NCBI RefSeq assembly: GCF_001194135.2
Contig: NC_068985.1
Location: forward strand, 61,556,875 to 61,602,689
Origin: Octopus bimaculoides
Taxonomy: Eukaryota
DNA length: 45,815 bases
Direction of reading: 5' to 3'
Shown here: positions 25,409-38,094 of the stretch, piece after piece
Layout of the letters: the number at the start of each line of letters is the position of its first letter
Numbering within the stretch: the stretch's first letter is position 1
Made by a program: the position numbers and the translations under genes
The notes under the pieces: model-generated
Databases searched by the model: none
Told to the model about the DNA's origin: nothing
Seen by the model: only the letters and a program-made list of their open reading frames with translations

Positions 25409-28228
25409 TGAAACAAACAGTAGTCTGTCCAAAACAGGCAGAACTAGTCGTTTCAGTTAGAGAAGTGAAGGAAATCAGCCCAAAAATGGGCAGCTAGAAG
25501 GCCCCGAGACCAGTGGAGTTCAAGGCTACTGGATCAGAAGATTTGGTGAATGTCATGTACGAATAGTTGCACAGCTCAACACCTTGTTAAATTGTCGACC
25601 AAGTAACACCAGAGTGGTTGACAATGGGTAGGACAGTGCTGTGCTTGAAAAACATCGAAAAAGGCAATACGGTAGACAATTACAGGCCGACATCCTGCTT
25701 GCCACTTATGTAGAAACCATTGACTGGAATAGTCGCAGAGTCAATGTACGGACATCTGGAGTCCTGCTACATGAGCAGACAGGTTGCAAGCGTAAGTGCA
25801 GAGGTACGAAGGATTAACTCCTGATAGACAAAGCTGTACTTAAAGACTACAAGAAGAGGAAAACTAAATTAGCCATGTCATGGATCGATTATTGTAAGGC
25901 GTACGATATGATCCCACATTCTTGGATTATAGAATGTATGCACCTATTTGGTATTGCATCGAATGTTGAGCGATTGCTTGGAAAAAGTATGGTGAAGTGG
26001 AGGACGGAACTGACGGCATATGGAAGAAGTTTAGGGACAATAGAAATCAGGNNNNNNNNNNCGATTGCTTGGAAAAAGTATGGTGAAGTGGAGGACGGAA
26101 CTGACGGCATATGGAAGAAGTTTAGGGACAATAGAAATCAGGAGAGGCATCTTCCAAGGGGACTGCCTGTCGCAACTGATCTTTGTACTGTGCATGATAC
26201 CAATAGCACTGATTCTGAGGAAAGCAAAAGCCGGGTATGTATTCAAAAGCCGCCGACAAAAAGTCAACCACTTGTTATTCATGGATGACCTCAAACTTTA
26301 AGGTAAAGAAGAATCCAAAGTCAGTTCCCTCGTTGATACGGTGTATACCTTGTGCTGATATCAGAACGAAGTTCGGACTGAAAAAGTGTGGTGTGTTAGT
26401 CATGAAGAGAGGCAAAATCAAATGTATGGACGGGCTCGCGAATGGATGTTATTTTCACAGCGATAATGCTCTTCTCAGTACATAAGTCGTTCCAGTTAGC
26501 ACATGTTTTTGCACTTCCTGTAGGGATGGCAGGTCTGGTATCATTTCCAAATAGGTTTCAGTATATTTTTTTTATCATTCCTAGAGATCCTACAATCACT
26601 GGTACGGTAGTAACATTGAGATGCCACATTTTTTCAATGTCTATTAGCAAGTCTTTATATTTACTGATCTTGTCAAATTCTTTCGCCGCTATATTATGAT
26701 CGCAGGGAATACTCATGTGAATTAATAAACACATCTTTTTTGTCTGATCTTTTGTAATAATATCCAGTTTATTAGCTTTTATATTGTCCAATGTAAATAC
26801 TGGCCGACTCTGTCAAGTCTTGCTTTATATTCTACAGATGCTGCTAAGACTCTACAGCCTGAGATTAGCTAATCTATGAAGCAGAGAGAAGAGACGGGCT
26901 ATAAGTACTTCGGGATATCGTAAATGGATTAATTCATGGAGAAAGAAATGACAGAAAAATTTAAGGTGGAGTAATTGTGCAGATTGAGACCTATACTTAA
27001 GTCGAAATTAAATGGACGGAACAAAATTGAAGCTACCAACACCTGGGCGCTTTCACGCCTTAGATATGGAGCAGGGGTAATCGCATGGATAGTAGACGAA
27101 CTAAACAGCTTAGACAGAAAAACAAGGAAGTTGCTGACTAAATATGGGATACTCCACCCCAAAAAGTGACACAGACAGACTGTATGCACCAAGAAAAAGA
27201 GGAGGAAGAGGACTGATTGAATGCGAACACAGCGTTAGAACAGAAGAAAACAACATAGCATGGCATGTAAAAGTGCCACAGAACCACTATTATTGGAAGT
27301 AAGAAGGTCAGGCTTGTGTAGGATGTAAGATTGAAAAGATAAAGAACTGTACAAGCACTTGAGAATGAATGAAGCTGAAAATAGGTGGATAAAGAAAACA
27401 ATGCATGGACAATTTCATAGAGATGCTGAAGATAAGACAGGCAGAGAAAAAAGATGGCTATGGATTATTAAAAGTGATTAAAAACCGGAAACGGAGGCTC
27501 TAATCTGTGCTTCCCAAGAGCAAGCACTAAGAACAATTTACATCAAATACAGAATAGACAACACATCAGAAAGTGATAAGTGCAGAATTTGTGGACAAAA
27601 TGCGGAAACCATATGGCATATTACCAGTCAGTGTACGCCACTAGCTCAGAAAGAATATAAGAGACGCCACGACAATATAGCAAGGATTGTCCATTGGACA
27701 CATTGCAACAAGTATGGAATTGACAGAGCAAAATATTGGTACGAACATAAACCCGAAAGCATCATCGAAAATGGTAATGCAAAGATCCTGTGGGATTTTC
27801 TGATTGAATGCGACCATGAGATAGAGAATAGGAAGGCAGACATAGTCTTAATTAAGAAAGAAAGCAAACGATGCTGGATCATGGATATATCATGCCCCGC
27901 TGACAGCAAAGTATGCGATAAGGAAGAAAGAAAAGTCGATAGATATGACAGGTTAGCTTGAGAGGTTAAGCAGTTGTGGTCGAGGAAAAAGGTGAGAGTA
28001 GTACCAATAATTGTCGGAGCCCTGGGAACAGTGAGTAAAAATCTTGAGAAGTACATGAAACAAATAGGGGCTGAAATAAGGGTGGAGCACTTGCAGAAAA
28101 CAGCACTGCTTGAAACCGCTCAAATACTCCGGATGGTGCTCTAAAAATAAGGGAGTGTTACCTTAGTTCACTGGTAGTGAACAGCTGGCACCGTAGTACA
28201 TCTCCAGTAATAGAAGCTGTGCAGATAC
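25409..28228 (+). mobile_element. R4/Dong-type element (family B), RT to 3' UTR, interrupted at 26440-26877
   Basis: WIDYCKAYDMIPHSW, GIFQGDCLS, LFMDDLKL; KPETEALICA-QEQAL; CRICG..ETIWHI-SQC; REL ADIVLIKK..IMDI; 3' UTR followed by (AAT)n. Confidence 0.9.
26440..26877 (-). mobile_element. Inverted, internally deleted 3' fragment of family A inside family B
   Basis: Reverse complement matches 24173-~24265 joined to ~24380-24722; ORF 26558..26791 is nearly identical to 24323..24667. Confidence 0.85.
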
Positions 28229-28248
28229 AATAATAATAATTGATAATA

Positions 28249-28289
<41 letters not shown>

Positions 28290-28341
28290 AATGATGATGA
28301 TGACGATGATGATGATAATGATGATGATGATAATAATAATG

Positions 28342-28410
<69 letters not shown>
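28229..28410. repeat. (AAT)n-(GAT)n-(AAT)n tail/target microsatellite
   Basis: Direct reading. Confidence 0.95.
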
Positions 28411-28411
<1 letters not shown>

Positions 28412-31177
28412 AAAAAGAGATTGAATCTCTGCGGGCAGATGTATCAGTTCTCAATGAAGTCTTACTTATAGGGAAAAAAAGTAAGACAGAAGTAAAGGAA
28501 CCACTGAGGGAGTGGAAGAGTTCTGGAAGAAGATGTGGAGCATCAAAAAAGAATATAATGCTAAAGCTGACTGGATAGAGCGTGAGATAGTGTGACAAAA
28601 TGAAGTTGAAGAGCAGAAATGGAAGGCAATAGGAACAGGAGAGCTAAGATGTGTTCTTAGGAAGTCTTACAAATGAAAAACTCCAGGACTGGACCGAATT
28701 CCTAACTTCTGGCTAAATTGTCTAACACAAGTACACCAAAATTTAGCTGCATCTCTAACTAATGTCATTTAAAACCCAGCGCAAATACCTGCCTGGTTGA
28801 CTGAAGGAACAACATATCTTCTACCAAAAACTGAAGATACAAAAAAATCCAAAGAACTACCGACCAATAACATGTCTCAACACCACTTTACAAGATCCTC
28901 TCATCCATATTAACTGACAGAATATACGCTTTCCTTGAACAGAGATCTATCCTTCCACTGCTCAAAATGGCTGTAAAAGGAAATCTTATGGGTGCAAAGG
29001 TCAATTACTCATAAGTAAAATGATTGTAGAGAATTGCTGGAGCAAAAAGAAAAACCTGAGCATGGCATGGATAGACTACAGGAAAGCGTTTGGTAGTGTC
29101 CCACATAATTGGATACTCAAAGCCCTTGAAATATATAAGATCTCTCCTATCATCTTCAATTCTTATAAGGTAGCATGGCCAAGTGGAACACACATCTCCT
29201 TCTACACCATAGTAATGGGATGAGTCAAACTAACAACATCATCATTAAACGAGGCATCTTTCAAGATGACTCCCTCTCCCCATTACTCTTTTGCATGGCA
29301 CTGATCCCACTCTCAAACGAACTAAATTCGACCAGGTATGGGTTAAAAGTCTACAATACGACGATAGACCATCCGTTTTATTTGGACTATCTGAGGCTGT
29401 TTGGTAGAAAAAAACGATGAGCTAGTAGAATTGCTAACAACTGTTAAAGAATTCAGCAATGACATCGGGATGGACTTTGGCTTATGTGTGCTAAAGCAAC
29501 TTTTGTAAGAGGCAAGTTCAGGCAAACAGCTTCCATTATATTAGATACCAACACTACCATCAAGGAGCTTGACCCACAAGAACATTACAAATACCTGGTA
29601 TACAACATGCTACTATGAAGGAAAAAAATAAAACAATATTACAGGAGAATAAGACTCATACTAAAAACTGAAATCAATTCTAAAAATCGCATCGAAGCCA
29701 TTAACACCCTGGCACTTCCAGTAGTTCAATATAGTTTAACACCATTAACTGGAATCTTACAGAGCTCCAACGCCTGGACAGGAAGACAAGAAAAATACTA
29801 ACTTCTAAGAACATTCTCCACCCAAAAGCAGACGTTAATCGTCTGTACCTACTTAGAACTAATGGGAGTAGAGGAATGATGCAAGTAGAATAACAATGAA
29901 CAGGTACTTATCTAGTACAGATAACTGGACGCTGCGACTTGCGTGCAAACAGGAAAGCAGAAGAAAATCACATTCGATTGTCAAGGAAACTTGCAAATTC
30001 GCAAGGGAACTTGGCATTAATCCTGAAATAGTTGAAGAACTTGAAACCACTGCCACAAAACAAGCAAAATTGATTAAGCAGACTGCAAGAAAGAACGGGC
30101 AGAAACAAATTGAGGAGTGATGGAGCCAGAAGCCTCTGCATGGACAGTATATATTTCGAAGTCGAAATGCTGTGGATGACTAAAAGTGATTTAAAACCGG
30201 AAACAGAGGCTTTAATCTGTGCTGCCCAAGAGCAAGCACTAAGAACAAACTACATAAAATACAGAGTAACAACACATCAGAAAGTGATAAGTGCAGAATC
30301 AGTGGCTGAGAAGGTCAGGACTGAAAGCTGAGACTGAAGGTTTCATATTGGCGGCATGAGACCGAAGCTTGCTCACAAAAAACTACCAGGCTAACGTTCT
30401 TCAAAACGGTTCTGACCCTAAAAGCAGATTCTGTGACACATTTGACGAAACAATAGACCATCTCGTCTCGGGATGTCCTGTGCTAACACCAAACGAATAT
30501 AAAAATCACCATGATAGGGTAGGTCGGTATTTGAATTGGAAAATACATAAACACTACAAAATCATCACTTCTGCTTACTGGTATGAGCATCATCCTGAAC
30601 CAGCCGTTGGAAGTAAAAATGTCTGGCATTTTCCAGCCAACACTGACAGAACGATCTAGGATAATCGAATAGACATAATTATTAAAGACAGGGAAGAAAA
30701 AATGTAGAGTAATAGATGTAAGTCTTCCCACTGATAAAAATATATCTGTCAAGGATTGACAAACTAAGTAAATATAAGGACCCGAAAATTGAAATACAAA
30801 AGATGTGGCATCTTAAAACGAGAACTGTTCCTGTTATTGTAGGTGCCCTAGGTATGATAAAAAGGGATGTCAGAAACATTTAGCTAATGTCCCAGGAGAA
30901 CCATGTCTCAGAGAAATCCAAAAGATTGTACTGACAGGTACTGCCTACATCCTTAGAAAGATCCTATTCATTTAGATGTCTGTGTTGTATTACATGATGA
31001 TAATTCACCACCTCCCCTCCCCAAGCTTTCAGTCATACTGTAACATCTCTTATCCTTCACTCGCCCCAAGACGCTGGGTGTGTCTCGGCAAGTGACTGTA
31101 ACTGACATGCAGATTAAAAGNNNNNNNNNNGCTGGGTGTGTCTCGGCAAGTGACTGTAACTGACATGCAGATTAAAA

Positions 31178-31178
<1 letters not shown>
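28411..31178 (+). mobile_element. 5'-truncated R4/Dong-type element (family C) with own 3' UTR
   Basis: VEEFWKKMW, KTPGLDRIPNFWL, WIDYRKAFGSVPHNW, GIFQDDSLSP, HPKADVNRLYL, CRFCDTFDETIDHLVSGCP, REL region 30660-30960; ends in (AAT)n 31179-31240. Confidence 0.88.
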
Positions 31179-31240
<62 letters not shown>

Positions 31241-31241
<1 letters not shown>

Positions 31242-31702
31242 GACAGATCTGGGACCTATATAAAGGAATATATTCACAGACACGACAGAGCTGGAACCTA
31301 TATACACTGGAAGCTATGCCAACACTATGGAATAACAACAGGAAAAAAGATGGTATAAATACACGCCAGAAAAGGTCACAGAAAACGAGAAAGCAACCAT
31401 ACTCTGGGATATGCCAATACACATAGATAGAGAAATTAAGGCCAATAGACCAGATATAGTTGTCAAAGATCATGAAGGAAAAAATACTTTCTAATTGATG
31501 TATCAATACCAGCAGATGACAATGTTTCCCTAAAAGAAATGGAGAAACTTTCAAAATACAAAGACCTGGAAATAGAGGTAACTCGAATGTGGAATCTAAA
31601 AACAGAAACAATTCCTATCATAGTAGGTGCCTTAGGTATAATATAAAAATATTCAGACAAATACATAACAAAAACACCAGGACTCACAAATATATATAAC
31701 AT
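31241..31702 (+). mobile_element. R4/Dong-type REL-domain fragment (family D), ends in gap
   Basis: EYIHRHDRAGTYIHWKLC, ILWDMPIHIDREIKANRPDIVVKD, FLIDVSIP, KYKDLEIEV. Confidence 0.85.
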
Positions 31703-32544
31703 NNNNNNNNNNNNNNNNNNNNNNNNNNNNNNNNNNNNNNNNNNNNNNNNNNNNNNNNNNNNNNNNNNNNNNNNNNNNNNNNNNNNNNNNNNNNNNNNNN
31801 NNNNNNNNNNNNNNNNNNNNNNNNNNNNNNNNNNNNNNNNNNNNNNNNNNNNNNNNNNNNNNNNNNNNNNNNNNNNNNNNNNNNNNNNNNNNNNNNNNNN
31901 NNNNNNNNNNNNNNNNNNNNNNNNNNNNNNNNNNNNNNNNNNNNNNNNNNNNNNNNNNNNNNNNNNNNNNNNNNNNNNNNNNNNNNNNNNNNNNNNNNNN
32001 NNNNNNNNNNNNNNNNNNNNNNNNNNNNNNNNNNNNNNNNNNNNNNNNNNNNNNNNNNNNNNNNNNNNNNNNNNNNNNNNNNNNNNNNNNNNNNNNNNNN
32101 NNNNNNNNNNNNNNNNNNNNNNNNNNNNNNNNNNNNNNNNNNNNNNNNNNNNNNNNNNNNNNNNNNNNNNNNNNNNNNNNNNNNNNNNNNNNNNNNNNNN
32201 NNNNNNNNNNNNNNNNNNNNNNNNNNNNNNNNNNNNNNNNNNNNNNNNNNNNNNNNNNNNNNNNNNNNNNNNNNNNNNNNNNNNNNNNNNNNNNNNNNNN
32301 NNNNNNNNNNNNNNNNNNNNNNNNNNNNNNNNNNNNNNNNNNNNNNNNNNNNNNNNNNNNNNNNNNNNNNNNNNNNNNNNNNNNNNNNNNNNNNNNNNNN
32401 NNNNNNNNNNNNNNNNNNNNNNNNNNNNNNNNNNNNNNNNNNNNNNNNNNNNNNNNNNNNNNNNNNNNNNNNNNNNNNNNNNNNNNNNNNNNNNNNNNNN
32501 NNNNNNNNNNNNNNNNNNNNNNNNNNNNNNNNNNNNNNNNNNNN

Positions 32545-32983
32545 TGTTTGACCATAACCAGTTGAGCATGTCCCTTGGTGGCTGACGAGCAGAAGTAGTG
32601 GGGGAGCATCATAGCCATGTGTTGAGAGGAATTCTTTGGGGTTTGAATAATTCACCTTTGGAAACATGGGTGTTTTGCTCAACATCCTTAAACAAATCTT
32701 ATTCAGGGACCTTTTGAGCGGGATGGGCTATTCGACCTGAAGAAAATTCTAACTGGGCCCCACCTGCGACGCCATGCACTGTTTATCTTGATATGAAATC
32801 ACCATGTCGCACACATACGGTTGTGATGCTGTGCCTGGTGTACCCTTATCAGACGGGTAGTCATGATNNNNNNNNNNGCTGTGCCTGGTGTACCCTTATC
32901 AGACGGGTAGTCATGATGGGTATAATGGGCTTCGTATATTTTACCCCAGTGTCACTTTGATGGCTTTCACTGCTCTCTCACAT
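32545..32983 (+). mobile_element. Non-coding retroelement 3' end terminating in (AAT)n; family unassigned
   Basis: Sits in the cluster in the same polarity and ends ctctctcacatgataataataataat; no homology by eye to the other 3' UTRs. Confidence 0.4.
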
Positions 32984-32999
32984 GATAATAATAATAATT

Positions 33000-33848
33000 G
33001 TAATCTTTACAAGCAATTGAAAACGATTAAAACTGAAAATAGATGGGTCAAGAAAAGAATGCATGGACAATTTCATATGGATGCTGAAGATAAGACAGAC
33101 AGAAAAAAGATGGCTATGGATGACTAAAAGCGATTTAAAACCGGAAACGGAGGCTCCAATCTGTGCTGCCCCAGAGCAAGCACTAAGGACAAGCTACATA
33201 AAATACAGAGTAGGCAACACATCAGAAAGTGATAAGTGCAGAATCTGTGGACAAAATAGTGAAACCATATGGCATATTACCAGTCAGTGTACGCCACTAG
33301 TCCAGAAAGAATATAAGAGACGCCACGACAATATAGCAAGGATTGTCCACTGGACACATTGCAACAAGTATGGACTTGACAGAGCAAAACATTGGTACAA
33401 CCACAATCCCGAAGGCATCATCGAAAATGATAATGCAAAGATCCTATGGGATTTTCTGATTCAGTGCGATCGTGAGATAGAGAATAGGACACCAGACATA
33501 ATCTTAATTGAGAAAGAAACCAAGCTAAGCTGACAACAAGGTATGCGATAAGGAAGAAAGACAAGTCAATAGGTACGCCAGGTTAGCTTGGGAGGTAAAG
33601 CAGCTGTGGTCGCTAAAAAGGGTGGTAGTAGTAACAATAATTGTCGGAGCCCTGGGAACAGTGAGTAAAAATCTCGAGAAGTACATGGAACAAATAGGGG
33701 CTGCAATAAGGGTGGAGCACTTGCAGAAAACAACACTGCTTGGAACCGCTAAATTCTCCGGAAGGATCTCGAAAAATAAGAGGTGTATTCTTAGTTCATT
33801 GGTAGTGACACCGTAGTACATCTCCAGCGTTAGAAGCTGTATAAAGGC
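33000..33848 (+). mobile_element. Second family-B R4/Dong 3' fragment
   Basis: Colinear with 27370-28228 (WMTKSDLKPETEAPICAA, CRICGQNSETIWHITSQC, RTPDIILIEK); followed by (AAT)n-(GAT)n-(AAT)n at 33849-34002. Confidence 0.9.
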
Positions 33849-33962
<114 letters not shown>

Positions 33963-34002
33963 AATAATAATAATAATAATGATAATAATAATGATAATAA
34001 TA

Positions 34003-34530
34003 AACGTGAAATTCTGTCTGTCTGGCTACTGTATCTCAGTCTACATTTGCCTTACATAGACATATTATACCATTTTGGAATCAGGATGACTCCGGAATTG
34101 AAAGTCTGCGGTTCGTTTCGTTCTTGAACATCCTGCATTGGGATCTGATTTAAAAGCATTTGGGTCGCTATTTCTAGCAGGCAAAGCTTGGCTGATTCAC
34201 GCCATCATAGTTAGCGTTTGTCAGAGGACGTCAGAGATCAAGGGGCAGATAAATGACATTCGCTTCGTCGAGATATTGAAATTTAGGACAAATTGGGCAA
34301 CAGTAGGAATTCAAATTGGGACTGAAAAAAATATAATGATTGGATTACAGAATTAATCCTCATCCGTCTTTAACCTCTGATCAAACACCACCGACGCATA
34401 TATTCACTATAGACGTATTATAGTCATGCTATTTAGTTCTCTCTTTTCATTCTTTTTGGCCGAAGGCCTAATTAGCCCTCCGCAAGAGCTACCTGAAAAG
34501 GTCTGCACGGAGTGCGGCTTTTAAGGTAGT
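34003..34530 (+). mobile_element. Probable non-autonomous Helitron
   Basis: 5' aaacgtgaaattctgtctgtctg (GTCT repeats near 5' end); 3' hairpin ctgcac-gga-gtgcgg (34503-34517) followed 8 nt later by GTAG|T, a variant of the CTRR|T end. Confidence 0.5.
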
Positions 34531-34556
34531 ATATATATATATGTATATATATATAC

Positions 34557-34591
<35 letters not shown>

Positions 34592-34755
34592 TGTATGTAT
34601 GTATGTATGTATGTATGTGTATGTATGTATGTATCTATCTATCTATCTATGTGTGTGTGTATGTGAGTACGTGTGTATGTGTGTGTGTGTATGTATGTAT
34701 GTATGTATGTATGTATGTATGTATGTATGCATGTATGCATGTATCTATCTATCTG
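34531..34755. repeat. (AT)n/(GTAT)n/(CTAT)n/(GT)n microsatellite
   Basis: Direct reading. Confidence 0.95.
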
Positions 34756-34994
34756 TACTGAGACCCAGCAACTACGTTTAGGTATGGTACTAATGTGGTA
34801 ATATAAATGAAGAGTGTTATTTTGTCAAATGTTTTCCTGTACAAAATGATGAATTAAATGTATTTACATTATAAATTTTATTCAAAATTTTCAAGCGAGT
34901 CAGCAAAATCACATATCTGTTTAAGAAAATATATCTTTACATTTCTCGTTTTATTAAAGATAATACGATGCCGACCACAATTTTCTGACTAATG

Positions 34995-35263
34995 TTATCT
35001 TTGGCCCGATGTTTTCGAATGAGTGTTGTCAATACTGATATCCACTGGCACTTCATCTTGAGTGAAATTGGTTGATCTTATGTGAAAGTCAATATTTGCC
35101 TCTGAATGAAACTTGAAAGGCTTCATTAATTTGGGTTTCACTAATAGCAGACGATCATCATCATCGCCACCATTAACAAACAATTTATTTTGAACCCGAC
35201 GCTTAACACGCCAGACTTTCAACTTATCCACTCTGCTTCTTTGGAGATATTTTACCAAATGAT
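34995..35263 (-). CDS. Candidate terminal coding exon of an unidentified host gene
   Basis: Acceptor-like ctgtttctattcaaatAG at 35265-35264, 89 open codons (HLVKYLQRSRVDKLKVWRVKRRVQNKLF...SGQR*) of normal complexity with no TE motif, AATAAA ~40 nt after the stop (plus tttatt 34950-34955). Confidence 0.4.
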
Positions 35264-35956
35264 CTATTTGAATAGAAACAGAATTTTATTTTTCAACAAA
35301 CATTTCATGAAATCTGTGTTAAAATAATAAATGCTAACAAAAATTACAAGAATCTTTGCAATAAAGGAAATATTTTCTTGGTTCAAGAAAGAAAAAGAAA
35401 ACCAAATAAAAACAAAAAACATCATACTCTAAGGCTCTAAAATTTAAACAACTCCAGAGGGTGTAACTTGATATGGTGCAGTGTGGAGATGGTGTTTAGG
35501 GGTGGGGTGGAGATGAATGTTCAAACTTCAATGTTGTACGACATAAAATCAGTTGATGATAAGAAATAAGAGAGAACCTTTCAGGAAAAAAGATTACGAA
35601 AATATAAGACAAGCAATTAATGAAATATTACATTTCGATAAGTAATGTTCCGTAACTCGTTATGTTTTTGGGGTACTACTGAAGGTTTTCGTCTTCGGGT
35701 AATATACCCACCCTTTTCCAAAGTGTTCATGCCAACCAAGTAAGCAACCGCGATACGGGGATAAAGAAAAAAAAAAATGAAAACAAGTTTGAACACCAGC
35801 CATCTACCTCCGTTTCATGCTACTCAACCATAATATTCAGTTATAAAGGGAACGGAATGATTACAGCACAACAGACGTTTTCAGAGCTTCATCTATTAAT
35901 ATCTTTAAGGAATGTTGGCGAGTCCAGCATTGTTGCAAAAATATTATCTTTCGTAA

Positions 35957-36127
35957 TATAGATCCTATATGAAAGTGTGTGGTTTATATGGACCCGATAT
36001 GAAAGTTCATGGTTTAGAAAGATTCTATATGCAAACCCTATATAGAAGTATGAGGTTTATATAGACCCTATATAGAAGTACGTGGTTTATATAGACCCTT
36101 TATAGAAGTATGGGTTTTATATAAACC
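35957..36127. repeat. ~30-bp minisatellite, ~5-6 diverged units (atatagaccctatatagaagtatgtggttt)
   Basis: Direct reading of recurring ggtttatatagaccc..tatagaagta units. Confidence 0.8.
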
Positions 36128-36694
36128 AGCACCCAAATATAAACATTTCTATCATGGACCTTCATACATATTCCAAGGATCTATTCCTATCAATCTTCCA
36201 AAACCATTGAGCCCCTTAATGATTGAAACTTAACATCCACATCCATAGTAATTCCTGACTGCCCAAGGAAGAAATCTTTTTGCCAAATCTCAGTTACCGC
36301 ACTTACTTCCAATTTATACTTCCTCATAGATACAACGTTCTCTCGTGATCTGTTATAAATCAGTCAGCTTTGTCCTCCGATACGACTCGATGATTGAAAA
36401 AAGTACAAAGCCTCAATTTATCCCAGACTAAGATAATGAACAAACAATATGGGACACTAAAGAGACATATCTCTGAAGAGTGCAGTACCGAAACTCGCAG
36501 TCCAGCTGAAATTCATAATTAAATAGACATTTTCTGATAGCACTAAAAAGATTCTCAAGATTTCCAATATTTCCAAGGTTAAATGAACCCAGTATACATT
36601 TCTGAATTTAGCTCGGAGAAAGAATGTAATAAGCAACTGGTGTTTATTCATACACTTGTAGAGAACAAGCGTTAAAACGTCGGGAGATCTATCT

Positions 36695-36698
<4 letters not shown>

Positions 36699-36782
<84 letters not shown>

Positions 36783-36805
36783 ATCTATCTATCTATCTAT
36801 CTATT
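36699..36805. repeat. (CT)n-(ATCT)n microsatellite
   Basis: Direct reading. Confidence 0.95.
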
Positions 36806-37544
36806 TCCATACGTATCTAGATTTGTGACATGTATCCAAATATAACTAGTCTAGGCACAGGTAAGAATTTTCGGAAATTTAGAACCGATTGGTTTCCTTA
36901 TTTAACTAATCAACAGGATTCCCTTATTCGAGATGTCGAACCATGGTCGCTGAAAATGTGGGAAAAAAGGGAGCTGATGGATTAATTAACAAATTAGACA
37001 GTTAAAGCTTCTTCCAACCTTCTGAAAAAAAAGCCCTGACGGGGCTGAAGTTCTATCTGCATATGCTTAGGAATACTAAAAGTATGCAGATATAACTTTA
37101 TTTACTTATTTAATTATTTATGTATGAAGATTATGATAACTGAAACCAAACGGACTCATAATGAAAATACTGTCTGAAGACAGGCTTCAGATCTACACCA
37201 GGATGTATTACTAGCTGTGGATTTAAAAGAAAAAAAAATCACATTCAGGTTTACTTTCATAGTCAAACAGTCTTTTTAAGTCTAAAATTTATAGACACAG
37301 CAGTCCCCACTTCTAGTCGGTTTAAACAACGAGCCTGAGAATTAATTTTGTGTCATTACTACACTAAAACGAACTTAAGCAGTGGAACAAGGCAAGCGGC
37401 CCGTATCTCATCATTGATTCATTACATGAAGTCACGACAGTTGATGCGAGCAGTAAATGTAATGAAATACAAACTACATTGACTTTATAAGTAGTTCAGT
37501 AAACACACGCTCAGACACCGACATAATTAAGCTTCTTGTACAAT

Positions 37545-37597
37545 GTACAGATGTGTGTGTATGTATAGTATAAACATGGATATATTTGTGTGTGTGC

Positions 37598-37645
<48 letters not shown>

Positions 37646-37735
37646 TACGTACATAGATATGCATACATACATGCATGCATACACACATACGCGCGCGCAC
37701 ACACACACATACACACACACGCACACACACATATA
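37545..37735. repeat. (GT)n / (AC)n microsatellite pair
   Basis: Direct reading. Confidence 0.9.
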
Positions 37736-38094
37736 TCCAAATTGAGGATTTTTTCAATTCACATGTCTTCCACATTGTTAATGTTCATAGGAGTCAGAAC
37801 AAAGATTATCGATATGTAATTATATGATCCAATGATCTAAGTGTAGGAAGTTAGTAAGCTTCGAACAGTCTGTGGTAAGTATAAAAACAACGTTCAGTAT
37901 CAATAATAGTTTATTGCCGTCGAAGGTTGTAGGCGTTTCCCACATCGAAGTTCGATAAGCTGAAAAAATATTTTTATACCGCACGGTTAGCAACTTGAGT
38001 TACTATGAATGCGAATAAAAATCCATATTGAGGGAGTGGAGCAGGTAGCTTCATTATTTCCATTCCCATGGAAAATTCAGGGGTTGAATGGGCA

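Noticed and set aside
35957-36127. CRISPR-like regular repeats
   Set aside because: Contiguous diverged tandem units without unique spacers, in eukaryotic DNA with no cas genes.
36140-36650. Possible old L1-like linker region (TIWDTKETYL)
   Set aside because: Only one weak motif; not supportable without a profile search.
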